DNA from: Candidatus Latescibacterota bacterium
Lineage (GTDB): Bacteria; Latescibacterota; UBA2968
Length of the DNA: 64,000 nt
Direction: 5' to 3'
Assembly (NCBI GenBank): GCA_965204375.1
Contig: OZ241986.1
Location: 5,792,001-5,856,000, forward strand
Both the position numbers and the translations under genes were made by a program. The notes beneath the pieces were generated by a model that worked only from the letters and a program-made list of their open reading frames with translations, was not told where the DNA came from and made no database searches. Positions 1-10,295 of this stretch are shown piece by piece (the first letter of the stretch is position 1; every line of letters starts with the position of its first letter).

Positions 1-151
1 CCGAGTTGTAAATTACAATGAGGTCAATGCCGCCCGCTTCTTCGCATTTCGCCGAGATTCCCGTGCCAGCACCACCGCCAATGATCGGCAGTCCATCTGC
101 GATTTTTTTTCGCAAGCGTTCTAATATTGATGTTCGGCTCTCTGCTGCCAT
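1..151 (-). CDS. Phosphoenolpyruvate hydrolase-like / TIM-barrel signal transduction protein, N-terminal part (runs off the window)
   Basis: Manual translation from ATG at 151: [59 protein letters not shown] upstream. This family is the usual partner of the adjacent Tm-1-like gene. Confidence 0.85.
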   Translation of the reverse strand, partial: MAAESRTSILERLRKKIADGLPIIGGGAGTGISAKCEEAGGIDLIVIYNS

Positions 152-168
152 TGTTGTCTCCTTGTGGT

Positions 169-1377
169 TTATCTTATTTCCTGGAAACTCGCCACCAGTG
201 CTGCTGCAAATTCTGGATCGTTGATATTGTTCGCCAGCCGTTTGATCTGGCGATTTTCCGTTTGTTCGATGCGTGCTTCCAGGGTTTCAAATAATGCCTT
301 ATCTGCATCTGGGTCGTGAAAGGGTTGTCCTTCATCATCGATTAACGATACGCCGTTTTCTGGAATTAGTATTTGAATTGGCACCGTTGATCGGTTCAAT
401 TTATTCGCTATCCATTCGGCAAATTGGCGGTTTTCGTCCGCTGTCGTCCGCATCAATGTGACCTGTGCGTTGTGTACGTGAAGTGTGCGGTTTTTAAATT
501 GTTCGGGGACGGTTTCTACGGCGCCAAAATTTACCATGTCGAGCGCGCCCAGGCTCACGACATAAGGTATTTTGCGGGCGAGAATGCAATCCATTCGCTC
601 AGGTCCGGCGGGAAATACGCCGCCTACTACTTCATCGGCTACTTCTGTTGTGGTAATATCCAGGACGCCGTCGATCATCCCGCTTTCGACCAGTTTTTCC
701 ATTGCCTGTCCACCTGTCCCTGTGGCGTGAAATACCAGGCAGTCATATCCGTCTTTTTCCAGTGTTTCGCGGACCATGGTTACACACGGCGTTGTTACGC
801 CAAACATGGTCATTCCAAGCGTGGGTTTGTCTTCGGCTTCTGCAACGGTGTTTACGACCATTCCCACTATTGCATGCGCTGCATTGCCCATTACTTGCCG
901 CGATACGCGGTTGATTCCGGCTACATCTACTACTGAATACATCATCGCTATATCGCAACACCCCACATAAGGTTCGGTATTGCCACTGGCGACGGTGGAT
1001 ACCATGACTTTGGGTACGCCAATGGGCAATGCCTGCATTGCCGGTGTGATGAGTGCCGTGCCCCCGCTGCCCCCAATGCCGATAATGCCTGCCACATCGC
1101 CTTTGGCGTATTCTTGCAGCAAGTAGGCGCACAATGCTTCTCCCATCGCTGTTACGGCTTCGCCCCGGTCCGTATGTCCGAGTACGGCACCCGTTCCGCC
1201 CGCGTGACAGGCGGCTATGGTTTCCCGCGATACATCCGGCACGCCGCCCTGCGCATCGCTCTGTGTGCCTACATCTACGACTGTCACCTCTGCGCCCGCG
1301 TTTCGGATGCATTCAGCGACATACCCGATTTCTTCACCTTTGGTATCCATTGTCGCAATTGCGTATATACTGCCCAT
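169..1377 (-). CDS. Tm-1-like ATP-binding domain protein (UPF0261)
   Basis: Motifs [57 protein letters not shown]. Start placed at ATG 1377 after an AAGGAGG RBS. Confidence 0.9.
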   Translation of the reverse strand: MGSIYAIATMDTKGEEIGYVAECIRNAGAEVTVVDVGTQSDAQGGVPDVSRETIAACHAGGTGAVLGHTDRGEAVTAMGEALCAYLLQEYAKGDVAGIIGIGGSGGTALITPAMQALPIGVPKVMVSTVASGNTEPYVGCCDIAMMYSVVDVAGINRVSRQVMGNAAHAIVGMVVNTVAEAEDKPTLGMTMFGVTTPCVTMVRETLEKDGYDCLVFHATGTGGQAMEKLVESGMIDGVLDITTTEVADEVVGGVFPAGPERMDCILARKIPYVVSLGALDMVNFGAVETVPEQFKNRTLHVHNAQVTLMRTTADENRQFAEWIANKLNRSTVPIQILIPENGVSLIDDEGQPFHDPDADKALFETLEARIEQTENRQIKRLANNINDPEFAAALVASFQEIR

Positions 1378-1400
1378 TATGTCCTCCTTGGTATTGTTTT

Positions 1401-3191
1401 TTAGTTGCTGTTCCATCGTATATTACCCGGTTCGGGAGAAGATAGCAATATCATTCCCTGCCTGCGCGCCCAGATGTGTGCGGCTCTGGCGAGCACGGGG
1501 TGATCGGCATTTAGATATGTTAGAGCCATTTCCTCAGTGCCATATTGATGCAGGGCCTGGACGAGCAGGGGTTCTGCTTCAGACATTCCTTTTCGGATGA
1601 AGAAGGCGTGCGCGGCTGCTATAATAAGGGTGCGTTTCTGTTCCAGGGCTTGCAGGAGTTTCTGGCTCGCCCGCGCAGTGGCAATCTCTCCCAGAGCTTC
1701 GGCAGAGCGCCATTGTACTTCTGGCTCGGGATGGTCGATGTGTTCCAGAAAATAGGTTTCTATTTGCAGCGTCGCTTCTCGTTCCCGCCAGTTGGCATCC
1801 AGGCGGTCCAGCACCCGCACCATTCGCCGCGCCCATATCCGTCCTTTTCCGATAATCGAGATGAGAGTATCTGCCACAGATGCATCGCCGATTGATCCCA
1901 GGGCATCAGCCGTTGCCCAGCGCACTTCGGCTGACTGATCGTTCAGCATTTTCAACAGGGGAGCGATGGCACTGCGGTCTCCAATTTCTCCCAAAGCTTC
2001 GGTTGCAATGCGTCGGACCTGTACCGATGTATCGTCTAACTGCTCACTTAGTAAAGCTGTTGCACGGGGGTCTTTCAGTACACCCAGAGTTTGTATTGTT
2101 CCCAGGCGAAATACGCCTTGTTCTGCATTGGACAGGATGGTCAGGAGTGGTTCGACGGCGCGTGTATCGCGCAGTTCGCCCAGAGCCAGTGCAGCGGCTG
2201 AAACAATGCCGGGATCACGATGTTCGAGGGCTTCTACCAGTGGTTCGACGGCTCGCGCATCGCGCAGTTCGCCCAGTGCTCTTATAGCGATATACTGCAC
2301 TTGCATGTTCGGATCTTTTAGTACCTCGAGCAGGGATGGTACCACCCGGGTATCTCCGATCTGTCCCAGGGCCTCGACAGCCTGCATCCGCGCCATCAGG
2401 TCTCCGGTCGCCAGTTGCGCCACAAAAAAGTCTATGGCCGCGCCAGCACCTGTACGCGTTTTCCACTCAGCATCCATTTCCGATAGTACCTGAACTACCT
2501 GGTAGCGCGATTGGTTCGGCAGCTTCAATCCGTCAATCAGGCGATTGATCGCTTCTTCAGCAGGTGCAGAAGTTTGCCACGATGGATCGATGGTGTTGAG
2601 TGCCCCCACCATTACCTGGCGCAGTTCTCTGTCCGCCTGTGGCAGTGCGTCAATCAGGGGGGCGAGAGTCTGTGGGTTTTTTAAATGGGCGAGGGTCAGC
2701 GCGGCCACCCACCGCACATCGCGTGCCCTATCGGTCAGCGCGGTGGTCAGTGCCTGAATGGACCGGTCGCCACCTGCGATACCCAGACTTTGAATTGCTC
2801 CCAGGTACAGTGGCGTTTCTCGCTCTTGCGCGATCCGCAACAAGGTCTCCACGGCTTTTTCGCCTCCGATATTGCCCAGGGCTTCGACCACGCTCAGACC
2901 CACCATGACATTTGGGTCGCGAACAATCGCAATCAGCGAGTCCACTGCCTGCCGATCTCCCAATTTGCCCAGGGCTTCGCTTGCGGCTAATCTCACCTGT
3001 GCATCTCGGTCTTTGAGAGTTTGGATGAGAGCTGGAACCGCACGCCGGTCACCTATTTCTCCTATCTGTATCGCTGCGCGGGCGCGATCCGCAGCATTGG
3101 GATGCTCCAAAATTTGTACCCAATCATCGGCTTTGGACGCGCATCCCAACAAGCCCAGAATAATTAGCCATAAACCGCTTTTAGTGATCAC
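1401..3191 (-). CDS. HEAT/PBS-lyase repeat lipoprotein
   Basis: Lipobox LLGC followed by many repeats of the form VR..AAEALG.IGD.RAV.PL...L.D. Confidence 0.85.
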   Translation of the reverse strand: MITKSGLWLIILGLLGCASKADDWVQILEHPNAADRARAAIQIGEIGDRRAVPALIQTLKDRDAQVRLAASEALGKLGDRQAVDSLIAIVRDPNVMVGLSVVEALGNIGGEKAVETLLRIAQERETPLYLGAIQSLGIAGGDRSIQALTTALTDRARDVRWVAALTLAHLKNPQTLAPLIDALPQADRELRQVMVGALNTIDPSWQTSAPAEEAINRLIDGLKLPNQSRYQVVQVLSEMDAEWKTRTGAGAAIDFFVAQLATGDLMARMQAVEALGQIGDTRVVPSLLEVLKDPNMQVQYIAIRALGELRDARAVEPLVEALEHRDPGIVSAAALALGELRDTRAVEPLLTILSNAEQGVFRLGTIQTLGVLKDPRATALLSEQLDDTSVQVRRIATEALGEIGDRSAIAPLLKMLNDQSAEVRWATADALGSIGDASVADTLISIIGKGRIWARRMVRVLDRLDANWREREATLQIETYFLEHIDHPEPEVQWRSAEALGEIATARASQKLLQALEQKRTLIIAAAHAFFIRKGMSEAEPLLVQALHQYGTEEMALTYLNADHPVLARAAHIWARRQGMILLSSPEPGNIRWNSN

Positions 3192-3292
3192 ATACGTCTC
3201 CTGAGAAAGGCTTTGTGTCTTATGTTGACAGTGACTACCCGCTGCGGTATCATTGGGTATTCACAAACTGTTTGTCGATGGGGAATGCGTTC

Positions 3293-4285
3293 ATGAATCG
3301 GTTCTTAAAGATTTGGTTGGTCTGTTTCGCGGCCGCCTGTGGTTCGTCCGATAAGGGTCTCCAGCCCGAAGATATCCCTGTTTTATCTGAGGGCGATATT
3401 TTGCTCACCGATGCTGCCCAGCGCGCGCTGTTCCGCATCCATCCCGGTACGGGAGACCGCACCGTTGTCACCGACCGCATCGGCGGTGTTCCCCGACAGA
3501 TCGCCCGGGATGCCAATGGCGACCTTCTGATGACCCTTTCTGAAAGCAGCCTGCCCATTGTCCTGCGGTTCGATATCCGAACGGGCGATCTTTTTATTGT
3601 GTCTTCAAGTGGTAGCCCCGTTGATCCCAATGTTCCGATCATCGGTTCAGGTCCCGCGTTTTTGGGCCCGGTCGGTCTGGTGCGAGAATCATCTGGACAA
3701 CTCATAGTTGGCGATCAGCCTTCCGCCACTATCTTTCGCGTTGATCCCGATAGCGGTGACCGCGTGGTCGTTTCTGGTCCCGGTCGAGGTGATGGACCAC
3801 CCTTTACTGGTCGCATCAAGCAGTTTGCCCTGGAGGCCGATGGCAATCTCCTATTGGTGGTCGGCTCAGTTTCTCAGGGGGGCGAGGGGCGTATCTTCCG
3901 CATTGATCCCAATAGTGGCGACCGCACGGTCATCTCTGGTCCAGAAATGGGTGAAGGACCCCGATTGATGGATCCGGAAGGGATTGTTCTGAGCACCCTT
4001 AACACCATTTTTGTCACGGATATCGGTCAGGCCGCTGTTATCCGAGTTGATCCTCTCAGTGGCGACCGAACCATTATTTCAAGTCCTTTTATGGGTGGGG
4101 GTGAATTGCCCGATATTCCCTCTGGTCTCGCTTTTAATACTCTCGATCAACTCCTGGTGGCAGATCGCACCGTTATCTACCGCGTGGATATCAGTACTGG
4201 TGACCGCACGGTTATCTCGGCGCCGATTATTGGTCAGGGCGAACCTTTTCTGGTGGCGGATGATATTTTTGTGATTAAGAATTGA
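3293..4285 (+). CDS. NHL/SMP-30-like beta-propeller lipoprotein
   Basis: Signal/lipobox FAAAC. Repeated blades of the form IFRVDP.SGDRTVIS..G.GP. Start chosen at MNRFLK. Confidence 0.7.
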   Translation: MNRFLKIWLVCFAAACGSSDKGLQPEDIPVLSEGDILLTDAAQRALFRIHPGTGDRTVVTDRIGGVPRQIARDANGDLLMTLSESSLPIVLRFDIRTGDLFIVSSSGSPVDPNVPIIGSGPAFLGPVGLVRESSGQLIVGDQPSATIFRVDPDSGDRVVVSGPGRGDGPPFTGRIKQFALEADGNLLLVVGSVSQGGEGRIFRIDPNSGDRTVISGPEMGEGPRLMDPEGIVLSTLNTIFVTDIGQAAVIRVDPLSGDRTIISSPFMGGGELPDIPSGLAFNTLDQLLVADRTVIYRVDISTGDRTVISAPIIGQGEPFLVADDIFVIKN

Positions 4286-4286
4286 T

Positions 4287-5837
4287 TTATCTAACCTTTT
4301 TGTTCCGAATCATTTGCAAGCCTTGCTGTGCGTCCGGATGGGTTGGGTCGATTTGAACTGCGCGTTCGAAATACACCTGTGCCGAGTCTGCGCGGCCCTG
4401 ATTGAGCAATAGTATTCCCAACCTCACATGGCCATCGTAGAACCGGGGTGCCAGCTCGATCGAGCGGCGAAATGCCGCTTCTGCCCCTGCCGTATCTCGG
4501 AATCTTTCCAGGGCTATTCCCAGGTCGTAATGCGCTGTGAAAAGCGTGGGTTCCAGGTCGAGGGCTTTTCGAAACTGGGCAATAGCTAAGCCGAGAAATC
4601 CCCGCCGGTCCAGTGCATATCCGATTTGCAAATAGGCTTCTACATCTCTGGGAGCCAGCGCGTCGGCTGCTGCTTGCTCTCGCGCGGCCAGGTCCATCCG
4701 ACCATTTCCCGCATGGCGCGCCGCCCGCTCCAGATGCATCATATAGACTTCGCACTGTCGGCTCAGTGCCACTCCCGAGCGATAAACGCCCAATCCGATG
4801 CCCACAAATAATGCGACCACGCCGATGCGGAAAAGCCATTGTCCGCTCCACCAGGCGCGGCCCTGCAGGAATAAGACCGCCGCTACCGGTGTTGTGACAA
4901 AACCTGTACCGAATCCCTCAGCTACCCAGGCGACAACCGCAGAGGCCAGAATATAGGGCATGGATATTTTTGGCAATGCCATTAGACACAATAAGCCCAG
5001 CGGGATCAGCGAGACCAGCAGGTCTGGTCGCCCGCCAATGCCCACCTGCGCCACGACCGTTACCGCTGTGAATAGCCCTATGCACACCCACATTAATTCG
5101 TGCCGCGACCTGTGCTTGTTTGCGGTTGTTTCCACGGTTGTTGAGCCTACACCAGTCAGTGCCAGAACGCCCAGGGTCAAGATGCTTATCCAGTGCCAGA
5201 GTACAAAAGGCTGTGTGGGTACGGCGCGTGAAATTGGCTCGGAAAACAGGTGTAAGAACATGTGAAAAAGAAATACGCCCCACAGCGCGTGCGCCCAAAA
5301 CCTGCGCCGATAGGGCGTACAGAATGCCAGAAAATAGGGGATAAAGAACTCGAATCCCACTGCAAACCACTCCGCTATCCCTACAGTTGGCACACCTGCA
5401 AAGAAACGGTTGTACGTCGGTATGCTCCACACCCACCAGCCCGCGGCTGCCGCTCCGCCTTCTACCCCATATCCCACGGCTGCCATTCCCACGCAAGTCA
5501 TCCCCACCGTGGCCATCAAATCGCCTTTAAGTGCGGGTATCCGCGCCAGGACCCGTTCGGCCAGCCACCAGCTCACATAGAGGGCAAAAATCCATCCGAT
5601 TACTGCCTGTAAAGACGCTGAAAAAATCTGCACTACCGGCTGCGTGAATACATAAGGCATCACGCCGCCCTGCGATTTTACTGTGATCCAGTGAATCACA
5701 TTTCCCCGCACGACGCCAAACAGAAACGCCGAGATAAAAAAGCTCAGCGCAATGCGGCGGCCCCGATGGGACCAGGCGTGCCACATCAGTACGGCTATTG
5801 CCACAGCAGAGGGCACAAAAAGCAGAAGCGTTTTCAT
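4287..5837 (-). CDS. Carotenoid-biosynthesis (CruF/DUF422-like) membrane protein fused to C-terminal TPRs
   Basis: Multi-TM N-terminus with GWIFALY, E...AAAGWWVW and FAGVP..GIAEWF. About 4 TPR motifs at the C-terminus. Confidence 0.6.
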   Translation of the reverse strand: MKTLLLFVPSAVAIAVLMWHAWSHRGRRIALSFFISAFLFGVVRGNVIHWITVKSQGGVMPYVFTQPVVQIFSASLQAVIGWIFALYVSWWLAERVLARIPALKGDLMATVGMTCVGMAAVGYGVEGGAAAAGWWVWSIPTYNRFFAGVPTVGIAEWFAVGFEFFIPYFLAFCTPYRRRFWAHALWGVFLFHMFLHLFSEPISRAVPTQPFVLWHWISILTLGVLALTGVGSTTVETTANKHRSRHELMWVCIGLFTAVTVVAQVGIGGRPDLLVSLIPLGLLCLMALPKISMPYILASAVVAWVAEGFGTGFVTTPVAAVLFLQGRAWWSGQWLFRIGVVALFVGIGLGVYRSGVALSRQCEVYMMHLERAARHAGNGRMDLAAREQAAADALAPRDVEAYLQIGYALDRRGFLGLAIAQFRKALDLEPTLFTAHYDLGIALERFRDTAGAEAAFRRSIELAPRFYDGHVRLGILLLNQGRADSAQVYFERAVQIDPTHPDAQQGLQMIRNKKVR

Positions 5838-5849
5838 GGCTCCTCTTGT

Positions 5850-6806
5850 TTATATTATGATGTCTGACTGCGTATGGGGTGCGTGGTTTTTGATAAACCA
5901 GAGATAGAGCACCCGACTATAGGAAAAAAATACCATCTGTTTCCGTTGGAAAAAGGGTTCCAGTTCTTTTTGCAATTTCCGCAGGTTGTAAAATGGCACG
6001 CCAGGGAAATAGTGGTGTTCCAGGTGATATGTCGAAAACAGATAGAGAAAATTCCATATCCAATTGGATCGCATGAGGGTTGTCCAGTTGGCGATTTCGT
6101 CTGGATTTATCACATAGTGCTGTCCCAACCGGTTGACCGTAAAAGCAATGGGAAAGATAAAAAATACCGGAAAAAGATGCGCTTTGAAAGCAAACCACGG
6201 GTCCAGCGTCCAGAACCAGGTCAGGATTCCCAGGTGCAGGATGATGCCTACTGTGCGTTCTCGTTTGATCTGGCGGGACAGATGCTCTGGATAGCCTTTG
6301 AAGGTTTCGGCTACTGCCCGAAAATAAATGGGGAATAGCATTGGCGTGCAGTAAAGCAGCTTGAACCACGGCGTATTGATGCGGGGGGACAGGTGCGCCC
6401 GTTTGGGGTCGGCGTGCGTCGATCCCAGGTGATCGTGGTGGTCCAGGTGCCATCGCTTGAACTGTGAAAATGCCAATCCGGAAATCCACCCGTACACAAG
6501 CCCCAGGAGGTCGTTGAGTCGGTGTTTTTTGCGAAAAATGCACCGATGTACGGATTCGTGTAGCAAAACGGAGAAGCTGAAAATTACGAATCCCAATAGT
6601 ACGCTTGCGGGAAACCAGGCCCAGAACGAATCGACGTGGTAAATCCAGACGGGTAGCCCGACCAGCAGTGCCACCTGTCGTATGGCGATCCAAAAGTGTC
6701 GCCAGGGTCGCCGCTGGTGCAGGTCTGTCAGTCGTTCTTCTGGTATTGCCGTCCGCAGTTCCCGGTTTAAGTCTCGTGCATGGTCGTGATACGTCGGTTC
6801 CGCCAT
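5850..6806 (-). CDS. Membrane fatty-acid desaturase family di-iron enzyme
   Basis: Three His boxes: HESVH, WHLDHH, YHLEHH. Start MAEPTY after a GGAGG RBS. Confidence 0.88.
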   Translation of the reverse strand: MAEPTYHDHARDLNRELRTAIPEERLTDLHQRRPWRHFWIAIRQVALLVGLPVWIYHVDSFWAWFPASVLLGFVIFSFSVLLHESVHRCIFRKKHRLNDLLGLVYGWISGLAFSQFKRWHLDHHDHLGSTHADPKRAHLSPRINTPWFKLLYCTPMLFPIYFRAVAETFKGYPEHLSRQIKRERTVGIILHLGILTWFWTLDPWFAFKAHLFPVFFIFPIAFTVNRLGQHYVINPDEIANWTTLMRSNWIWNFLYLFSTYHLEHHYFPGVPFYNLRKLQKELEPFFQRKQMVFFSYSRVLYLWFIKNHAPHTQSDIII

Positions 6807-6820
6807 TGCAGACCTCCGCG

Positions 6821-7702
6821 TTATCCGATTGCAAACACACACACAAACCCCACATGTCCCGCCATCAATAGCAAATACATGTGTTTCCACGAAATGTGAT
6901 TGGATTCAAATGTCAACGCCTCGGGGCGCTTCAACATCAACCAGCCGACATACCCTCCCCAAAGTGCCAGAAAGCCAAGCCACTGCGCACTCGGCGGCAC
7001 CCATTCCCATATTGCGCCAAGGGGAATCAGCGCAAAAGGCAATACCAGAAAAGGCAGTATCATCCACGCTGCTCGTCGAGGTCCCAATAGTACGGGTAGG
7101 GTGTTCATGCCGAAGGCGCGGTCTCCTTCCACATCTGCGAAATCTTTGGTGTTGCTGGCTCCAAACACGTAGAGGCCGAATACCAGGCCCACAAACCAGG
7201 GTGCCGGGTGCCATATAGGTTCCACAGCCGCCCAGCCGCCCACTGGTAGCAAACACCCCCGTCCAAATCCCAGTGCCAGACTTGAAGAGAGTGCGTGCCG
7301 TTTTAGCCGCAAGGGCGGTGCTGAATAGGCCAGTGTGAGCAATGCGCCCACCGCGAAGATGCCCAGCAGTCGGGGATGTACCAGATAGGCGAGACCGAGG
7401 GCGATAATATAGCACGCGGTTCCCAGCAGTGCTGCCCCCCGCATGGATACGCTCCCCGAGGGCAAGGGGCGGGTGGGTTTGTTGATCCGATCAATTTCCA
7501 GATCGCAGCACTGGTTGATGATGTTCGATCCCGCATTCAGGATTGTAACAGCCAGCGTGCCTACCAGGCCTGCTGTTGGGATCTCTCCACCGGTAGCCAT
7601 TGCCGATCCCGCGAGAAATCCCACGGCAGGTGCCAGTAGTGTGAAGGGTCGCGCGAGTACCACAAAGGCGCGGAATCCATTTTGTTCCATAGAATTGCTC
7701 AT
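6821..7702 (-). CDS. UbiA-family prenyltransferase (DGGGP synthase/chlorophyll synthase-like branch)
   Basis: NQCCDLEIDRINKPTRPLPSG, YSAPPLRLK and KDFADVEGD motifs with multiple TM segments. Confidence 0.88.
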   Translation of the reverse strand: MSNSMEQNGFRAFVVLARPFTLLAPAVGFLAGSAMATGGEIPTAGLVGTLAVTILNAGSNIINQCCDLEIDRINKPTRPLPSGSVSMRGAALLGTACYIIALGLAYLVHPRLLGIFAVGALLTLAYSAPPLRLKRHALSSSLALGFGRGCLLPVGGWAAVEPIWHPAPWFVGLVFGLYVFGASNTKDFADVEGDRAFGMNTLPVLLGPRRAAWMILPFLVLPFALIPLGAIWEWVPPSAQWLGFLALWGGYVGWLMLKRPEALTFESNHISWKHMYLLLMAGHVGFVCVFAIG

Positions 7703-10125
7703 TCGCTTTGGGCCTTTGCTCCCTGCTTATCCACCACGTAAAAACGGGCTGTTTTGTACACTTCAATGTCGCGGTTTAGATCTTTTACGGCGACGACTAC
7801 TTCGTGTTGACCGGGCGCGATATCTCCCAAGTCCAGTTCTACAAAATTCTCGCTTTTCGTTTGTGTGCCGGTCTGCTCGTATCGAATCGTCACTTCTTCT
7901 CTGTTACCGCCCGATAGCATTTGGCCCAGACCCGATAGCGCGCGGATCAGTAGCGGCGTATGGTTGGCGTCTCGCACTGTATAGGCGACTTCGTAGCGCG
8001 TTTGTCCAAACGAGTCGCGTAGCAAATTGTAGATTTCAAAATAAATAAAAAACGATGTTTCCTGATAAAATATCCGACCCGGTGAGGGTTCGACCCGGAA
8101 GCCCGATCGCACAAACTGGCCCGCGGTTCCCGAATCTACCTGAGCTACTGCGCGGGCTACTTGAATACCGCTGACCATCAGTGTATCCCGGCTGTATGAA
8201 ACTACCGGTACAGCCTTTTGATAAACGCCCATCAAATCCGCTTCTGGTCGCCAGACTTGAACGGCGAGCATATAATCGCCTGGCGGTACGTCCATTGGAA
8301 ATTCTTCCACGAGCACGGATCTGCTGCCCCGCGGTGCCATGACCTCAACATCGCCCTGTACGCGATAGACTTTTCCTGAGCGCTCATTGATCAGGGCTAC
8401 CCGCCGCTGCACCCGCGCGGTATCACTGGCACCCTGCACATAGAGGTTGCGGATGGGTACTCCCATCAGCACGCGAACCTCCGTGTCTTTGTCTGTTCCC
8501 TTGAAATCCACTGTATCAAAATGGAAATCCAGGGGTTCGTAATAACTGATGTTATAGACCTCGGGTATGTCCCGGGTGATGCGGGGCATAAAGGTGGCTG
8601 GCGAATATTCCGAGAATAGTCGCGATATCCGCAGTGTCTGGTCGTGCCCAAAACGTTCCAGGCGGTTTCGGTCTTCTGTGGTCAGAACAGGTGGCGGCGC
8701 GTAATCGTAACGCCCGGAGGTAAATTCGTCGGTAAATACCACTTCGATCCCTCCACCGATGCGGGTGTAAAACCACACTTCCCACTTTACGGTCATCCCG
8801 GCAATGCCCGTTGTCACGGGTTTGTACCCGTAAAATCCCAGGGTATCTTCAGCCGCTATGCCCGCGCGGGCTTGCATGGAGCCTTCAAAGGGCATGCGGG
8901 GCAGGTCGTCCAGTTCGGGGTTGTCTTCGTCGATGATGTTTATAAATCGTTCTGTTCGCACTGGATATACAGGTCCCAGAAACGTGTGGTGTACACCATC
9001 GGGACCGTAGAGTCGGCGGGCGAGTTCCGTCTGGATGATTCCGACCGATTGGGGTACGTTGAGGTTTAATGAGCGGGAAGTGGAGCGGTGGTCTGGTTCT
9101 CCGTAGCGAATATAGACCTCACCTCGCCGGTCATAGGGAAATTGCTTTCGTCCGTAGTTTTCCCGCGCATAGAGTACCCGCCGATAGTGTTCGCACCAGC
9201 GCATTAGCCCGCCACTGGCTTTCAAGGGGTCTTTTCTCAGCCAGAATCGCCGCAGGAAATCTCTCCGACGCTCTGGCGGAGTCTGCCGATAGGCCTCCGT
9301 TTCCCTGGGTGTCGCTACAATCGATATATCCCAGTAGAGTCCTCCCTCCTCTTCAGATAGTGTGGAAATATATTCTTCAAAAGCGATGAGCGCGTCTTCG
9401 AAATTGCCCCGCTCCATGAGTATTTGTCCCAGGATCGCATAGCCTCGAGGGTCTTCCAGCCTGCCCAGCAGGCGTTCGGCTTCTGCCTTTTTGCCCGATT
9501 CGGCCAGGCTGCGGATAAACAAATAGGCCGCTTCCTGGTCTTTGGGCTGGCGCTTGAGGTACTGGTCGTAATAATGAATTGCCACTTGATCCAATTTGTC
9601 GTCATTGTAGAGCTGGCCAAGAAGCAGATATCCCGGTGCGTATTCCGGATTGATCTGGATCGCCCGTCCCGCCGCTTTTATGGCATCGCCTGTTTCCGAT
9701 ATTCGATAGAGGCGAGCGAGATGGTAGTACATTTTTGCCTGGGTCGAATCCAGTGTTACGGCTCTTTGCAAATGGGGGCGGGCACCCCGCCAATCGTTTT
9801 TCAGATCCAGGTAGGCCAGTCCTAAACCCAGGTGCGCTTCTACCCACGCCGAATCGGCCTGTACTGCTTTGCGAAATGCGGTGATAGCGTCGTCGGCCTG
9901 TTTAGACTGGAGGTGAAGTTGTCCTATCATGGTCAGCACCCGCGTAGGCTGGGGTTGTTGCTCTGCGATCTTTTCCAGATTTTTGACGGCCTGTTTTACA
10001 CTGTCTTTGTGCGAGGTCTGCAATGCCCGGGCGTAAATTGATTCGGCGTCCTGGGCATGTACCGTTCCGGTTCCGCACAGTCCGATAAAAAGGCTAAGCG
10101 CAAAATAGAAATAACAATTTTTCAT
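7699..10125 (-). CDS. GWxTD-domain protein with N-terminal TPRs
   Basis: Signal peptide, TPRs, FW...DP, EHYRRV.YA, DRRGEVYIRYGEPD, WEVWFY and a C-terminal YFEIYNL Ig-like domain. Start chosen at MKNCYF. Confidence 0.8.
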   Translation of the reverse strand: MKNCYFYFALSLFIGLCGTGTVHAQDAESIYARALQTSHKDSVKQAVKNLEKIAEQQPQPTRVLTMIGQLHLQSKQADDAITAFRKAVQADSAWVEAHLGLGLAYLDLKNDWRGARPHLQRAVTLDSTQAKMYYHLARLYRISETGDAIKAAGRAIQINPEYAPGYLLLGQLYNDDKLDQVAIHYYDQYLKRQPKDQEAAYLFIRSLAESGKKAEAERLLGRLEDPRGYAILGQILMERGNFEDALIAFEEYISTLSEEEGGLYWDISIVATPRETEAYRQTPPERRRDFLRRFWLRKDPLKASGGLMRWCEHYRRVLYARENYGRKQFPYDRRGEVYIRYGEPDHRSTSRSLNLNVPQSVGIIQTELARRLYGPDGVHHTFLGPVYPVRTERFINIIDEDNPELDDLPRMPFEGSMQARAGIAAEDTLGFYGYKPVTTGIAGMTVKWEVWFYTRIGGGIEVVFTDEFTSGRYDYAPPPVLTTEDRNRLERFGHDQTLRISRLFSEYSPATFMPRITRDIPEVYNISYYEPLDFHFDTVDFKGTDKDTEVRVLMGVPIRNLYVQGASDTARVQRRVALINERSGKVYRVQGDVEVMAPRGSRSVLVEEFPMDVPPGDYMLAVQVWRPEADLMGVYQKAVPVVSYSRDTLMVSGIQVARAVAQVDSGTAGQFVRSGFRVEPSPGRIFYQETSFFIYFEIYNLLRDSFGQTRYEVAYTVRDANHTPLLIRALSGLGQMLSGGNREEVTIRYEQTGTQTKSENFVELDLGDIAPGQHEVVVAVKDLNRDIEVYKTARFYVVDKQGAKAQSE

Positions 10126-10295
10126 TGTGTTGTGTTCACAAGAGATGTGATTCTTCGCAAGGTGTATATAAAGTATAATAAAAAACCAAAATGGAATCGC
10201 TGTTTTTTCGCGCTGGTCTCTCGTCAGGTAAGGCGGCAATTGCATTTTTTACATATACGCCTTAGATTGTGGGTTGAACTGTCCAGGAGCTTTCC

